Positions 42,029 to 55,211 of a stretch of DNA of 55,211 nt are shown in pieces; positions within the stretch are counted from its first letter, which is position 1; each line of letters begins with the position of its first letter. This DNA comes from Bigelowiella natans CCMP2755. Taxonomy: Eukaryota > Protista > Cercozoa. Position numbers and translations under genes: made by a program. Where the stretch lies: assembly GCA_000320545.1 (NCBI GenBank), contig ADNK01002201.1, positions 1-55,211 on the forward strand, given 5' to 3'. The notes under the pieces are model-generated. The model was given only the letters and a program-made list of their open reading frames with translations, was not told the DNA's origin and made no database searches.

Positions 42029-45000
42029 GTGTGTGTGTGTGTGTGTGTGTAGAGATTGTGTATGAATGATACTGTTATCTTAACCAAGATAAAGATTTAC
42101 ATCATATGCTTCAATGGTACGAGCATCTATTTTTTTGGGAGATATAATTAACTATTTAGTTTTATATTTTTACATTACATTCAACAGCATTTTAAATGCA
42201 TATAAATTTGAGGATTATTAATTTTTATCGAGACTACCACATTCACTCGTAAATAACACAGCATTGCATAAATAATATTTTTCCGAATCGAAAAGACTGA
42301 TTAAGTTTCTTCGTTTGTCTTGTTGTGTTACTGGGTATTTGTATTGTGTAGATGGAATCTAGCTCAGGCATTCAACTTGCATCCTTTTGCTGAAGAATTC
42401 ATGTCATATCTTCGTTGTGAGAAGCAAAAGGTAGCTATATGTATACCCAAATCTTAACATACCTTCAACTGATGAACCATTGTATCCTTCTCAAGTTCCG
42501 AGTCGTATCCAAACTTTCCGAGTTGTCGCAATTAAACGACACCGTGAACGGGTTGATACAAGAAAATAGGTTGGGTGAATACTATCCAGAAATTTTCGTC
42601 ATTGATATCTATAATTTTAGAAATCTAAGTCCCCATCGGACAATGGATGTGGAGAAAGTCTACGATGTTCTGGCAGCCCCAAACAAGTCTCTTGCCTCAC
42701 AATTAAAAAATCTGAAAATTGCGAAGGATTCTGAAGCAAAGAAGAATTGCAAGAAAGAAATATCCAGACTGATAAAGGAACGAACCACCATTTATATAGA
42801 GAACAATAAAAAGGTTTTGGCGGTTGTTTATATTGTTTCATGTAAAAGTTTTCAAACTTGTATTGTTTCTAGGCTTCTGCATCCCTCGTAGCCTTGGATA
42901 AATCTATTGCTGACCTAAAGGCACTGAAGGAAAAAGACGCCAAAATAGAAAGGAGTCTTGCAACCGTACACAGCTCAGTAATGGCATACATTGAAGGCAT
43001 AGGAAAAATTTGCAGTAGCTTATCTCCTGATTTAAATAACGTGTCTCCGGTCACAGAGCTGCAAAAAAAAGTTGAATGCAGTTTTGAGTCCTCTAAAAAG
43101 GCATGGTTGGACGTCTGGAATGCCCGAAATCAAGAGCAAAATCTGTATCAGGTACGTGTATGCTAAACTTCCTGAAAGAGTTTAGACCTGAGCTACCCAA
43201 ATTTCTAGGATATAACATGGTGCATAGAGGGTAAAGGCTCCTCTACGTCACTTCAGTGCCGACCCGCAGCTGAGAAGGTTGCTGACAAAAGGTACATTGG
43301 AGCGTAGCCTTTGTAATCTGGAAGCACGCCTAATTTTACTCTGCGTTGATAATTAGCAAAGTATTTTTCCGCGCCATTGAATCGCTTAGAAAGGATCTGA
43401 ATCCCTTCCTCGGAGCAATTCTAAGGGAAGCCAACCAGATGCATACTGAGATTTCTTTCGCATTACAAGAGTTCCAAAACTCATGCATCAGTGGCCTCCG
43501 TAGTTTGCGTGATTCAAAGAATCAGATCCAATGTCTTCAGCAGCACATTGCAAATTTCAGAAAGGCTGAAAAGGGGTCGAAAAGATATGAGGATTCGATT
43601 CGTTTGTTTCGTAAAAAGAGGAAGGAGTTAAGATTCAAAATCGATGATCTCCAGGTTAGGAAAGAATATTCAATTTCAGAGTTTCTTTTCTCTTTTGCTG
43701 TCGTTCTGCCGATGCATATAAGGTCTTACACAATAACAAATCTTTCATTTGTCAGGACAAGTCTCTAGAGAACTTGGATTTCAATGATGATGACATAGAC
43801 GAAAAAGTAAAGGAACTTAAAGGACAAATGAAAAAGATGCAAAAGAATCCAGAGCTGCTTCGTGCGCGGTCTCTGCTGTTTAGAATGTCAAATTATCTGC
43901 CAGAATTGTTGTTCAAGTATCCCGACATGAACCCATTGAACGGAACGACAGCCAACGGAATAGAAATTAGATCTTTACTTCACTATGAGAACTTGCAGCC
44001 GCTTAAGGGCAGCCATTCTCAGAGAAATCTCTATGTTGCCACCACTGCCTCAACGATGCCGGTTGCGAGCGCTACTGATAATGATGCTGCTAACGAAGAG
44101 GCCAAGGTTGCTAAGCCTAACTGCGAACTTCGCTCAATCATTAGAAAATGTCTCGCCAATAAGAAAAGTCAAATAGATGTGATCCGAGTGTGCAAGGCAC
44201 AGGGACATTCAAATACCCACATCATCAAGATTCTTCAGCAGGAAAGGTGGGGGCGCAGTGAGACAGAGATCAATGAGGAAAAGGGGCTAAAAAATGGTAC
44301 CTCCTTACAAACTAAAGTTGTGCTCAAGCAGTTCCATGCCAGCGGTGAAAAGCTCAAGCAGTTGCGACGCGCGTGCCACGTGATGGCGTCAATGAATCAC
44401 CACAACATCGTGCCTTTAACTGGAATTTGTAAGGATGAAGATTCTTGGTACATACAAATCCCTTTTTACAAAAGTGACTTTCAAAGCTGGATCAACAGAG
44501 AGCACAAGGCTGTTTTGGACTCGAAACACAGCAGCCCGAATACGCAAAATGGGAAGACTCCTAGAGAAGTGTATCATCAAAAATGCATCAGGATGTTAAA
44601 AGGGGTACTGGAAGGACTACAGTTTCTGCACCATGCTGGTGTTGTGCACCGTGATCTCAAGCCTGCTAACATCTTGATCGGACCTCCTGTTAGCTCCTGT
44701 AAGAACAATGAGGAGAAGAAAGTGACCGTTGATGATCCTGAGTATGCGGTGATTGCAGACTTTGATACTTGCAAAGTGGAGAAAAATAACGAGTTCTCGT
44801 TGGGCAATACTACCACGAAGGTGTACGGAACTCATGGATACATTGACCCACAAGTGTTAGTTGGCAAGTTGCCGCCGTCGCCAAGCTCTGATATGTACTC
44901 ATTTGCGATTACGATGGGCTATGCTCTTTCGGGAAGGATGCTTGTGACTGAAAGGGATGTTGAGAAAGCTCGTTCGGAAAAACTAATCACGCCCGATCAG

Positions 45001-46529
45001 GCCCAAATCTTGGTTGCTCTCCTAAAGCCTATTAAAGCTTCATCAGGGAGTCGCGGTCCACACAACGATGCACGGAGGCCGTCTGCTGCTCAGATACTCA
45101 CGCATAAAGTCTTCAGTGACGCAGGGGTTGAGCCGACGCGCACATGTTCATCTCACTCCACCCAGCACAGCCTATCTGAGGGCATCATGTGCTCGAATAC
45201 AAATGGGCTCTCTCATTTCACTTGCCATGAAGGTTCTCATTCTTAAAAAATGAAATGCTCCAGTCATACTGATGAATCCTTACGTTCCCATCAGCTTTTA
45301 ATCACTTTGTACGGGCATTCTCAAATGACAGCGAGACCTATAAACTTGTCGAGCGTAACGGCTTTGTAGGGTGCGCCGAAGTGCAATTTGCAATTCAATG
45401 TTCGTCACATAATGTGAAATCTATATATAATGCAGGTGTCCTCTGTCATATGGAAAGGACAAAAGATGCAACAGTCAGCCTTTCACAGGTAATTTCCTTT
45501 GAGTTCCTGGCTGGTCCCAGCATTGGGATAGTGGAAAATTAAAAGGTACACGTTTCAATAACAATCTGATTCAGATCTGGAGGTGGCCCTTCATACGACT
45601 CCCGAAGTCTTTCAGACATATATTAACACAAAGAAAAAATTAGCAGAAATGAAATTGACAAAGAAATTAGAGAAGAACTACAAAGATGAGCTTTCTGCTG
45701 AATTGGAGGTGATAAAGACCTTACCTCTATCTTTTAGTCGAATTTGAATAATTGTTTTGAATTATGTGGCATTGTAGAAATTCAAGAAGCTTGATAAAAA
45801 GAAGCGGGAGGTGTACCAAGCTCGCCTTCACATCGAGACGCACATTCTCTTGAGCTTCGGAGGTATAGATATCTCAATTTCATTAAAGATACCAATTGAC
45901 CTTGCTTGTTTAACGAATTCTCAACTGCCAACTTTATAGGTGACAAGAAAAAATCGGTGGGTGATCCGGACTATTGGGGTGTCGAGGCTTTAGATTCATG
46001 TCCGCGATGCAAGGTTCTGGACATTTAACGAAACATCTTTGTCTCCCACGTTGATCTCACATAGCAGTGTTGAATGTTCCAGAAAAAATAAAACATTCAT
46101 TTATGCAGGTTGGGTTCATGGGCTTCACGGGTTGTTTTGCTCTCAAGTGTGACAATTGTGGTTGTGGTTTCTGCGCTTGGGACTTGGTTGATTGTGGCGA
46201 AGATGCTCATGAACATGTGAGAGAATGCGCTAACAACAAAAACAGTGGAGGTTACTATGGAACAGAAGAACAATATCGTGCTGCCAAGCATGGAAGAATT
46301 ACGAGGAAGCTCCGAAGCTATTTGAATTCAAGAAGCAACATCGCTCATGAGGTGGTCGCAGAATGCAAAGTGGGTCTGCAAAAGCTGGGATTCGAGCACA
46401 TTCTAAGAGAATACTCAGGTCTTATTCTCTTCTCGTAGTTGTTGATAGTGTCTCAGCATTCTAAGAATGTTTTCATTTTGCATTCATTATGCAGGAAATG
46501 GGCTCAGTCTCAACAATGATACAAGGTGA
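39207..46529 (+). CDS. Ankyrin-repeat, coiled-coil, protein kinase, RING/RBR-like zinc-finger protein (multi-exon; the ankyrin-to-kinase join across 41283-42367 is inferred)
   Basis: Ankyrin exons lie at 39207-41042 and helical exons at 42368-43652. The kinase exon has VVLKQ, HHNIVPLTG, VVHRDLKPANILI, IADFD, GTHGYIDP, SDMYSF. A degenerate RING (TCSSH...MC...HFTCHE...GCP...RC) follows, then SCPRCK|VGFMGFTGCFALKCDNCGCGFCAW. The stop is at 46438 or 46529. Confidence 0.8.
39270..40600 (+). repeat. Tandem exon+intron cassettes, each 99-nt phase-1 exon encoding one ankyrin repeat (39795-39893, 40200-40298, 40426-40524)
   Basis: Three near-identical exons, each preceded by taaaatgggatcgcataccac(a/c)ag and followed by gtgggtagcagctgcagcattg(c/t)tagcatttaggcagta; exon 1 ends with a near-identical donor flank. 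Confidence 0.97.
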
Positions 46530-46640
46530 ACCGAATCCTGCTCATTTGTGCATTCGAGCAAGAATGCGTTTTTGAAACTACAGACATGCTAGCATGGTTC
46601 ATTGCACGTCTTTCAACAGACACAACACACAAAACACATA

Positions 46641-46683
<43 letters not shown>

Positions 46684-47381
46684 CATGAACTAGTGAACGC
46701 TGTGGCTTTTGTTGAAACCTCATTTGTCACAGGTATGATAATGAGATTGGACTTGCCCTCCTTCAAGAAGAAGCTGATTCTATCTTGTAGTTCGGTTAAC
46801 CTGTCGTGCAAATATATTTGGATGCCGACATGGATGAGCGAATGTAACTCTCCTAGCACGAGGGTGAACGACAAATTGTCAACATTGGCATGCGAGCATG
46901 TGCCTGTTGTATGCTAGCATGACCGACAATCATGATTTCATCAGTGTGCATGCACTGTGGGAAGTTGCTAACATTGCTAATGGCAAAACTTGCTAAATGT
47001 GTGGCAGTGCAAGCATGCCAGTGGGGCAAGATACAGCGCAAATATGCTTATTTTTGCACGACATAATGGACACAGCAATGGACCATGCACATGTAAAATG
47101 TCTTTCATAGATGACTGCGCTGGCTAGCTGCGCCAAGCGCCCATCTAGTCATCCACACATTGTGAAGTGCAGTTGTTTGTGCATACGCATGTTTAGCTAG
47201 AGCGCTATACACTTGGGTCGTTTCTTTATCTCACCATGCTAACATGCTAAGCATGCATTATCTAATCGTGTCTAATTTCATCATTTTGTCCCGTCATTTG
47301 ACTGTAAATGAGCAAATCACAATGCATGCTTCCGTGAGCACATTGGCATGACACAGGGCCATGCTAACATTATAGGACTCG

Positions 47382-48493
47382 TCAATCTATAAGCGCATCC
47401 AAATCAAGATTTGCCCACCCAGCATCGTCTAGCTGATCTACATCAATCTCCCTAGCTTCAGTATGCATTCTTCCTACATCCGAGCCTGCGGATAGAGGGT
47501 CGTCATCATTATCATTTGCACCACTGCTCTTTATCTCTCCAGTGGAATCACTTGTTTCAACCATCCTCAACTGCCGCAGAAGGTCCTGGTATAGTTTTTG
47601 GGAGTGGCTGAGTTTCTGCTTCACCCTGTATGCGCGGAATAAGGTGCAAGTGCGCTTCTTTTGGTATTGGGTCCACTCTTCAAGCATATCCTCAACATAC
47701 GATAATCGTTTGGCAGCGAAAGCTCCGAGGAGCTCCAAACCATAGGCGGGGTCTCTCAGAAGCTCTGGGACAGAAAGCCAAGATAAGAACATGTCTATTC
47801 CTTCCATCACATGGCTGCTTTTCAGGAGCGAATGTACCATGAGCACCACATCTTCGTCTTTGCGCTGCAACAATATCAAACGGAGGATGTCTGGTGCTGC
47901 AGATGATGGTGATTCCGCAGCCGCTAATTTAAGGACTCGAACGATATGAGGCAGGACATCGGGACATTTCATCAAGGCTGATGTACGTCTTTGATCACCG
48001 AGCACCCACCTCCTCACCGCCGACCCTTCCCTCTCAGTTTTTTCTTTCAATTCCTTAAGAGCACGCTTGCGCAAGGAAGAGCGCAGCAGACCCCATTCTA
48101 AAGCACAAATCTTACCGCTGCTACTACTCTCGCTGCCCCCGGCTCGCTTCTTTGACCTCCTCTTCATCTTGTTGTATATGGATTTAGCATTTCTTGCATC
48201 TATCCCGAGAGTGGCAACGAGAGACTGTCGCCGCTGTTGCTCAATCAGCCCGTCCCAAAGCTCCGAGCGCACCGCGAAATCAACGAGCTTGCCGACGATT
48301 TTCTCCGCGGCATTTGTCGAGATCCCTTCTCCCCTTCCCCTTCCTTTGTTCTCTACCGTTGAATTCGTTATCGTCTTGGAGGGGGAAACTCCTCCTCCTC
48401 CTCCTCCTCCTCCTCCTCCTCCTCCTCCCTGTGCGTACCAGCACTCAACCACAGCGGATAGGACTTCGAGATGATCATGAGGACGACGACGAC

Positions 48494-48524
<31 letters not shown>

Positions 48525-51500
48525 CGGCCTCGTTGGAGAGGAAGATGGCGGTGTTAGAGAAGGAGCAATGACCCCCCCTTCCCCCTTTTCCTCCTCTAGG
48601 AGGTGACAAATAAGATCATATTTGGCATCCTCTGACTGCTCTGGGTAGATGGGGAGGGCGTCTGCAGCAGCAGCAGCAGCGGTATATTTGGAAAGATCAT
48701 ACAACAATGAGAGCATGGACATGGTAGTGGGGTGGGAGGAAGAGACTCAAACACGTAATCCCTAACATCTATACACATCACACTTGCTACCACTCCGTTG
48801 CTACCACAATTGCTAATAATAATATTAATATTAATAATAACAACAATAGCGATAATAAAGTAATCAACCTTTTCTATTTTCGCCGCCCTCCTCCTGCAGG
48901 TTTCCTCTTGTCCTTCTTTCCTTCTCCCACGAGAGAGCTCTCCTCCACAGACGTTCTGGTCCTTTCAGTAGCTCCAAATTGGCTGAAACAGCCCTCACAG
49001 CCTTGCCACGAGCGGCAGGCGACAACACGCTCGCCAACAACGGTATTATATCGTAAGATGAGATAATAGCGACTATTTTCATCATTTGGAGGGCAACGTA
49101 GAGTCGATTGCGGATCTTCAGCAGCGGCATGTCATCTCCCTCCTCCTCTCCCTGCTGCTGCTGCTGCTGCTGCTCATCACACACGAGCACGGAACCCAGA
49201 AAGTGTGCGAAGGTCTTATCCACCCTTCGTCTCACCTCCATGCTCATCGGCGCGTAGTGTTCCGAGAAGAACCCAGCCAGAGCTTCTAGGAGGAGGGGGA
49301 GGCCGCCGTGGCGCTGAACGTCGTCACTATTATTGTGAGAATCGCCGTCGCCCACATTTCCAAGGAAATAGCCCTCTGCTGTCGCTTCAGCTGCCGAACG
49401 TTCACACTGATGCAGGATCATATCGAAGGCATCGCTCAAAAATCTAGTAGTCTCAAACGACACTGCTGCTGCTGCTGCTGCTGATGCTCCTGGCTTTATC
49501 TGATCTTTGCCCTCTGGCATAAACTGCTGCTGCTGTTGCCGCTGTTTCATTTCTCGTTTCTTCTCTTCTTCTTCTTCTTCTTCTTCCTCCTCCTCTCCTC
49601 GTTCCACCCCCTCCAGCTTGCTCCGAACATTGCTGAGAAGAGTGTCAATATCGGCGTGCGATACCGCTATCTGCTCCCCCCTCTCCCCTTCCTCCTTCTC
49701 GCCACTATCACGCCTCTTCAGCAGGCCAACAAAAACCTCCAGAAGATGCTGCCGCAGCTGTGCTAGGCTGTCCGACACTTTCCCTGGCAACTGCTGCAGC
49801 ATCATCCGCGCCCCCCCCCTCAGAGCGACCCTGAAATCAGCCAGGCTTCGATTGCTAGCGATAGGACGAGCTCCTGCCACTGCCTCAATCGATGCTACTG
49901 TAGAGTAGAGTTTCAGCGGTGCTCGAATCGCCACGAGGAGAGGAGACTTGGGAGCTGACAATGATGGCGGTGATGATAGCGCGCGGCTCTTTAGCAGCTT
50001 CAGCCCCCTTTTGAGCCACTCCACAGCCATTCCAACACTGTCCATTTCATCGCTACTGCCATTTTCATCATCTCCTTGAGCCTTGAGCACCGCACCTACC
50101 TCGTTCCCTCCTTGTCCCCCTCCTCGTTTTCCGACTACCGCCAATATCCAACGGGAGGTATCAGCGAAGAAGAGGGCCGCATCCGAAGGGGCGAGGCGAT
50201 CAAGCGAGAAGCGATGCTCCTCGAAAACCACCTTGCACGCGATTTCTACTGCAGACTCGCCACTCGCTCGGGCCAAGACCGCGTTGCTTCCGTTGGAAGA
50301 CTCAGGAGGTGGTGAGGGGGAGAGACACCCAGCGGACACCAATGCTGAGCGCAATTCACTTCGCAGAAAGATGTCGAATACCATTGATTTTGTCATAGGC
50401 GCCAGTGCCCTGCTTCCTCCCCCCTCCTTCTCCTCCCCACAAGCAGCCTCCACGTGCTCCTCGCCCCCACTCTTGCCATGGGAAGAGGCCGCCGGACTAA
50501 TCGTTGGCAGAATGGACGGCGGGGCTAACGTGAGAGACTCGATCCTGGTAGCAAAACGAGCGAGCAGAAACACGTTGTGAGGGCGGACAATGCGCCTCAG
50601 CTCGTCATGGCAACGGCGGCCCTTTTGGATGAGATCCGTGTAGTTTGCGGGAATGGAGGCGTCCACAAGTCCTTCCACCACCTGCACGTGGAGATCCATG
50701 GCCTCCTTGACGTCATCGCTTCCAGCTTTACTCGCCAAATCAGCAAGAATCCCAAACAAAACGGCGAGTTTTGAGAGCTCCCTGCCATCGACACGCTTAA
50801 TTCCCTCCTGTGAGAGGTATTCGAAGCACTTCTCAGGATGAAGCCATAGTGCAGGGTATCCCGCCCTCACGCTTGCAACTAAATCAGATCGGGGAACATT
50901 TGTCTGCTGCTTCTTTTCCTCAGTCTTCTCCTCGATGCGACCAGAGCCGCTGTCACCAGCAGCATGGGCGCCGTCCTCCTTGCCTGCTTCCTCTTCTGAT
51001 TCGTCGCTGTCTCGTGAAGAGATGATTTGATGGAGGATATGCTCTGCCGTGAGCAGCCAGTCCGCAGATTCATCTCCCCTTGCAGCATGCTTTCTTGACA
51101 ACGACAACGCCGTCTCCAAATCGCCATGGCACAAAGGCAGCAGCGCCTCCATTCGGTACCTAGACATAGAAGTCATTCAAGATCATCAGCAGCCGGGTAG
51201 AGAGCACGCGAGAAGGTGTTGAAAAAGTCGAATCCCCCCCCCCCTTCTGACCCCCTCCCTCCCAATCCCACCCGCACCCTCTATACTATACATAAGCATG
51301 TATACATGCATGCAGCATTACGATCTGTCGTGCTCAAGGCGCTGCACGTCCAAAGATGGAAGAAGTTTCTGGGACTTTTCCGTGTCGGAAGAGGCTCGGA
51401 AGCTCGCCACGTACTGTTTGGCCAGGCGCAGCAAATCCTTCCCATCGTCGCTCTCCCCACCGCTGTTCTGGTTTCTGTCGCTACCGCCTTTGGAACCGCC

Positions 51501-54500
51501 GTTGCTACGCTGCAATTCGTCAGCTGCCCCCACGTCCCCGACCAAGTCCAAAAGCCTCAATATATCCTCTGACTCTACGTCAGTGCGAAGAAGCTCTTCA
51601 AGAGGTGATGATGACTGCTGCGACTTCTCGGTTCCTCCTGAGACACATACCGTGGCTAATTTCCGTTCTCGTCGTTCAAACTCAGCCCCGCCGTCCCCGT
51701 GTTCTCGGGCAGTAGTCGAATGGTGCTGCATGACAAAGAGGCTCGCGTAGAAACGTAGTGCCAGCTCATACGAGCTTGAGTTCAACTCGAAGCTGTTTCG
51801 CGTTCTCGTCGGCGTTGTTGTTCTCCCCGAACTCTGATCCCGTTGCTGCTGCTGCTGCTGCTGCTGCTCCTCCTGTATCATCTTATGCAATGCTAGCGGG
51901 TCCTCCAAAGCAGAAAGATACGCCAGACCAACGCTTATGCTGTAAATCCTTGAAGAGATTATGCTGCTGCTGCTGCGGTGGATATTCTCTCCTCCTCCTC
52001 CTCCTGCTGCTGCTGCCACCGTCTGGAGCGCAGTAGCACACACTTCAAGATCATTCAGTCGTTTGATGTGATTATGCGTTGAAACGATTGTATTGGTGGT
52101 GGCATGGACTGGAACCGAAAGTGAAGGGGAGGAGGAGGAGGACAGTGATGGGGTCTCCTGAGAAGGCTGTTTTTTGTTGAATATGGCTGAGGAAAGAGAG
52201 ATCAAGTCATACGCCTTAAATGGCTGCTGCTGCTGCTGCTGCATCGACGAGGAATCCCCTGTGTCCTTCATCTCCTTTGCTGTTGCGCTCTCGGTATTCG
52301 TGTCCTTCATCTCCTTTGCTGTTGCGCTCTTGGCATTCGATTCGTTCGCCTTGTCCTCATCGTCCTCGACGACAGCATCATCCTCTCGCTGCTTCCGCTC
52401 CTTCGCTTCTTTTTGCGGCGGACCCATAGCACGGGGTTTAACGTCGTTTCCCCCTCCCCCCCCCCCTCCTTCTCCTGCAGCTGCTGCTGCAACCTTGCTT
52501 GAGTGCTGGGCGGCGGCCTCGGCCGTGATCCTCCATCTCCTCAAAACTGCGTGGAGCTCATTCTCGTTGCACCCCCACAGACAATGACCCATCAGCACCT
52601 CCCACGTACGAGCGCCAAATACGCTGCTGCTGCTGCTGCTACTGCTGCTATTATTCCTACCACCTGTGCCCCTCACATGACGCCCCCCCGTAGCAACAGC
52701 GGCTGCTGCTGCGGTGAGCACATTGCCACCAACAGGGGCAGCAGCTACCAGGGTTCCAACGCGAGAGAACAGCGCGTTTGCCAGTCGCACGGTTGTGTTA
52801 GACCTGCCCAATGCTTCCAACGCCTTTCGCTGCTTGATAGCACCAGAGGAAGGAGGGGAGGAAGAGGAGGAGGGGGAAGAGGAAAAGGAGGAGGAGAAGA
52901 TCGATCTTTCCTTCCCGCCATCTTTCTCAGCAGCTGGTCCGTCTCCTCTACTCTCGCAGAGGAGGAGGCAGAGCCGCCAGGCGGGCTTGTAGCGTTTCTT
53001 CGCCAGCAGCCTCAGAACCCCCTCCTGCGCAACGGCCACATCGCCGGATCGGAAGGCCGCCTCCGCGATGGCAAGCGACACCTTGCACTGCTCGCCAAAC
53101 GAGAGTGCTCCCAGCAGCCGAGCGATGATCTCCAGCTCGTCGCGCTTGCGGTATATTCCCTTAAAATGCAGCGCCTGCTTGATCGGCTTCAACCGGTCCC
53201 CGGCCACAGACTGCCGCACCTGAAGGGGCACCACCGTGTTGTCGAGCTGCGAAAGCCTCTGCACAGCCTCCGCCAGCCATTTCTCCATCTGGACCTCGAG
53301 CTGCAGGTTGCTGCCGCCGTCAGCGCCACCGTCCGCGTCCTCCAATGCTAGGAGGGCAGCGCTCGCAGAAGAGCGGTCCCCGAGCAGCATCGCCCCCCCC
53401 GCCCCCCCAATTCCGACCCTGCGCTTTGTGTAGGCCTTTCGAAGCTTCCTCAGCGTGGAGGTGGTAATGGATGTGAGAGAACTTCGCAATGACCACGGGA
53501 GGCCAAGAGCACTTCTTCGGCTACTTCCCTGCTCCTTCTGGGCTGATGATGTCTCCTCGCCGCCTCCCCCTCCCCCCCCTCCTCCCTTTGCATCACCGTC
53601 CTTCTGCACAGCAAGAATTTCATCAAGCGGGAGGAGGCTCAAGCACTGAATTGCCCAGTTAAAGCTCGTGTCGTAGACAGAACCAGATCCATCAAATAAC
53701 TCGCGCGCTGCCGCAAGTACAACTCTCGTTGCGACCTCCTTATCGACGCGATCCTCCTACGCATTGCGCACAAAAAAAGAGAGGAAGAGGAGGAAGGGGG
53801 ATGGGGGGGGGGGGCGGAGGAGTTAAGGAGGAAAAGATCTGGCTCTTTTTGTCTATATATGTGTCTTCATAATAATCATCTATTTCAACGATACATTGCG
53901 AAATATTGGCAAAGACTAATATTGATCGCTTCCGATCCAACCTGCTGCTCTTCCATCCCCTCTCCCGGCTGTTGGCGCTGTCGACTTCCTTTCACATTAT
54001 TCAAGTCTCCTCCCCCCTCGGTGCTGACTAAAGATCTGAGAGCATCCTCCGCAATAGAAAACTGCCCTGCTAAGAGGAGGGAGCGTATGTAGTGAATGGT
54101 GACGAATCGGCTAGATACCGAGCGGAACACCGATTTTTGCAGCTCTTTCATATCAAGCCTGAGTTTTTTACAAGCTGCCTCCTTCCCCCCTCCAACCCAA
54201 TTGCTGCTGCTGGTGCTGCTGCTGCTGGTGGTGGTGGTGGTTGTAGTTCTCCCCTTCTGTTTGCCGCCTTTGCCATTGATAACTCGAATCGCGCGCCGTG
54301 CAACCTCCTTTATCACTGATCGGCCTTCTAGCAGTCTACTGCTGCTACTGCTGCTGCTGCCATTAATGGCACTAGTACCGCTGTTTTTGTTGGATCTATA
54401 GGTACTTGTCGTCTTCTCCTCGCTGTCCGCATGGCTTGTTTCATTGGTGTCGTTTGTGCTCTGGGTCTTCTTCTTTTCCTCCATATTCTTCCCCTCTCTC

Positions 54501-55211
54501 TCCCCCTCCTCTGCTCGGCTATTGCCTTTCTCACCATCCGTCTCCTCCTCCTCCTCCTCCTCCCTCCTCACCAACCTCATAATCACATCGCCATCGTCGT
54601 AAACTCGCACAAAGCTGCTGGGACTCTTGTTGTCCACGCCGTAGTCGTGTAGTATTCTCGTGGCACGGATGTGCGAGTGTAAGGTGGTGAGGAGGAGCAA
54701 GCTGTTATCTTTGCTATCTTTGCCATCCAGTGCTTTCATTGGACCCCCATCCTGCTGCTGCTGCTGCTGCTGCCTCATAAGAAACGTCAAGATTCGCTCA
54801 GTCGGCTCTAAGTGCAAATCTGCCTGAAAGCGATCGCCAGTGTTGTATACGCATAGGATCTTGCATAAATAGAGAAAAAGGGGGGGGGGGGGGGGGGGGG
54901 GGGAAATTCTATCCCTCTGTGTTTCCTCGAAAAAGGGAAGGGGATACCTAATGCTAACTGATCCGCGGCATCCCTACAAATTATCATGTCATGAAGACAT
55001 TTATGTGAGGGTTAGAGGAACCATTTCGAGATCTACTTCAAATTCCTCTATAAAGTGACGGATTACCTCGCGACGGCAGACGGTGTTAGTTGGGAGTCTC
55101 GGTCCGAGCTATCAAACGCTGTAGATGCAGACCACTGGCAGAAGCCTGAGATTACACTGACGTACACGAACCTAGTCCCAGCATTGAGCTCAATATGAGT
55201 GCGCGTGTCCT
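47382..55211 (-). CDS. NBAS: NBAS/Sec39 (NRZ/Dsl1 tethering complex subunit), 3' part; the gene begins beyond the right edge
   Basis: YIRSLLLAGQFSIA; VVLAAARELFDGS...WAIQCLSLLP; VVPLQVRQ...DRLKPIKQAL...IYRKRDELEIIARLLG; LDVQRLEHDRS|YRMEALL; HPEKCFEYL...VDGRELSKL. These motifs occur in the same order as NBAS segments I recall (LAASREYF, LPLQVR, GVDVQRF). Large exons lie at ~54850-53920, 53755-51321, 51160-48868 and ~48745-47382. Confidence 0.85.

Overview
Eukaryotic nuclear DNA from a compact, very intron-rich genome with microsatellite-filled introns. The style resembles a protist such as a chlorarachniophyte, but the taxon cannot be established from sequence alone. Most ORFs in the supplied track are microsatellite or antisense artefacts. 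Manual splicing supports about 13 protein-coding genes: a P4-type ATPase flippase (runs off the left edge), an intronless multipass membrane protein, a stomatin/SPFH protein, a ThiF/MoeB-family E1-like enzyme, a PH-domain protein with a Gln/Pro/Tyr repeat tail, a small ankyrin protein, an animal-type bestrophin, a papain-family protease with a 1-nt frameshift, a secreted alpha/beta hydrolase, U1A/U2B'', G6PD ending in SKL, a large ankyrin-coiled coil-kinase-RING gene, and NBAS/Sec39 (runs off the right edge). The four most notable observations are: (1) an array of 99-nt, one-repeat-per-exon ankyrin cassettes that vary mainly at the ligand-binding face, at the front of the kinase/RING gene; (2) intergenic zones behind gene 3' ends where TpA is nearly erased except in CTAG, and CTAG is strongly enriched, suggesting a localised mutational or silencing process; (3) a 12-nt copy of the U2 snRNA stem-loop IV loop inside an intron of the U1A/U2B'' gene; (4) a PTS1 signal on G6PD. 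No rRNA, tRNA, CRISPR array or intact transposon was recognised. All gene models and counts are by eye and exon boundaries are approximate.
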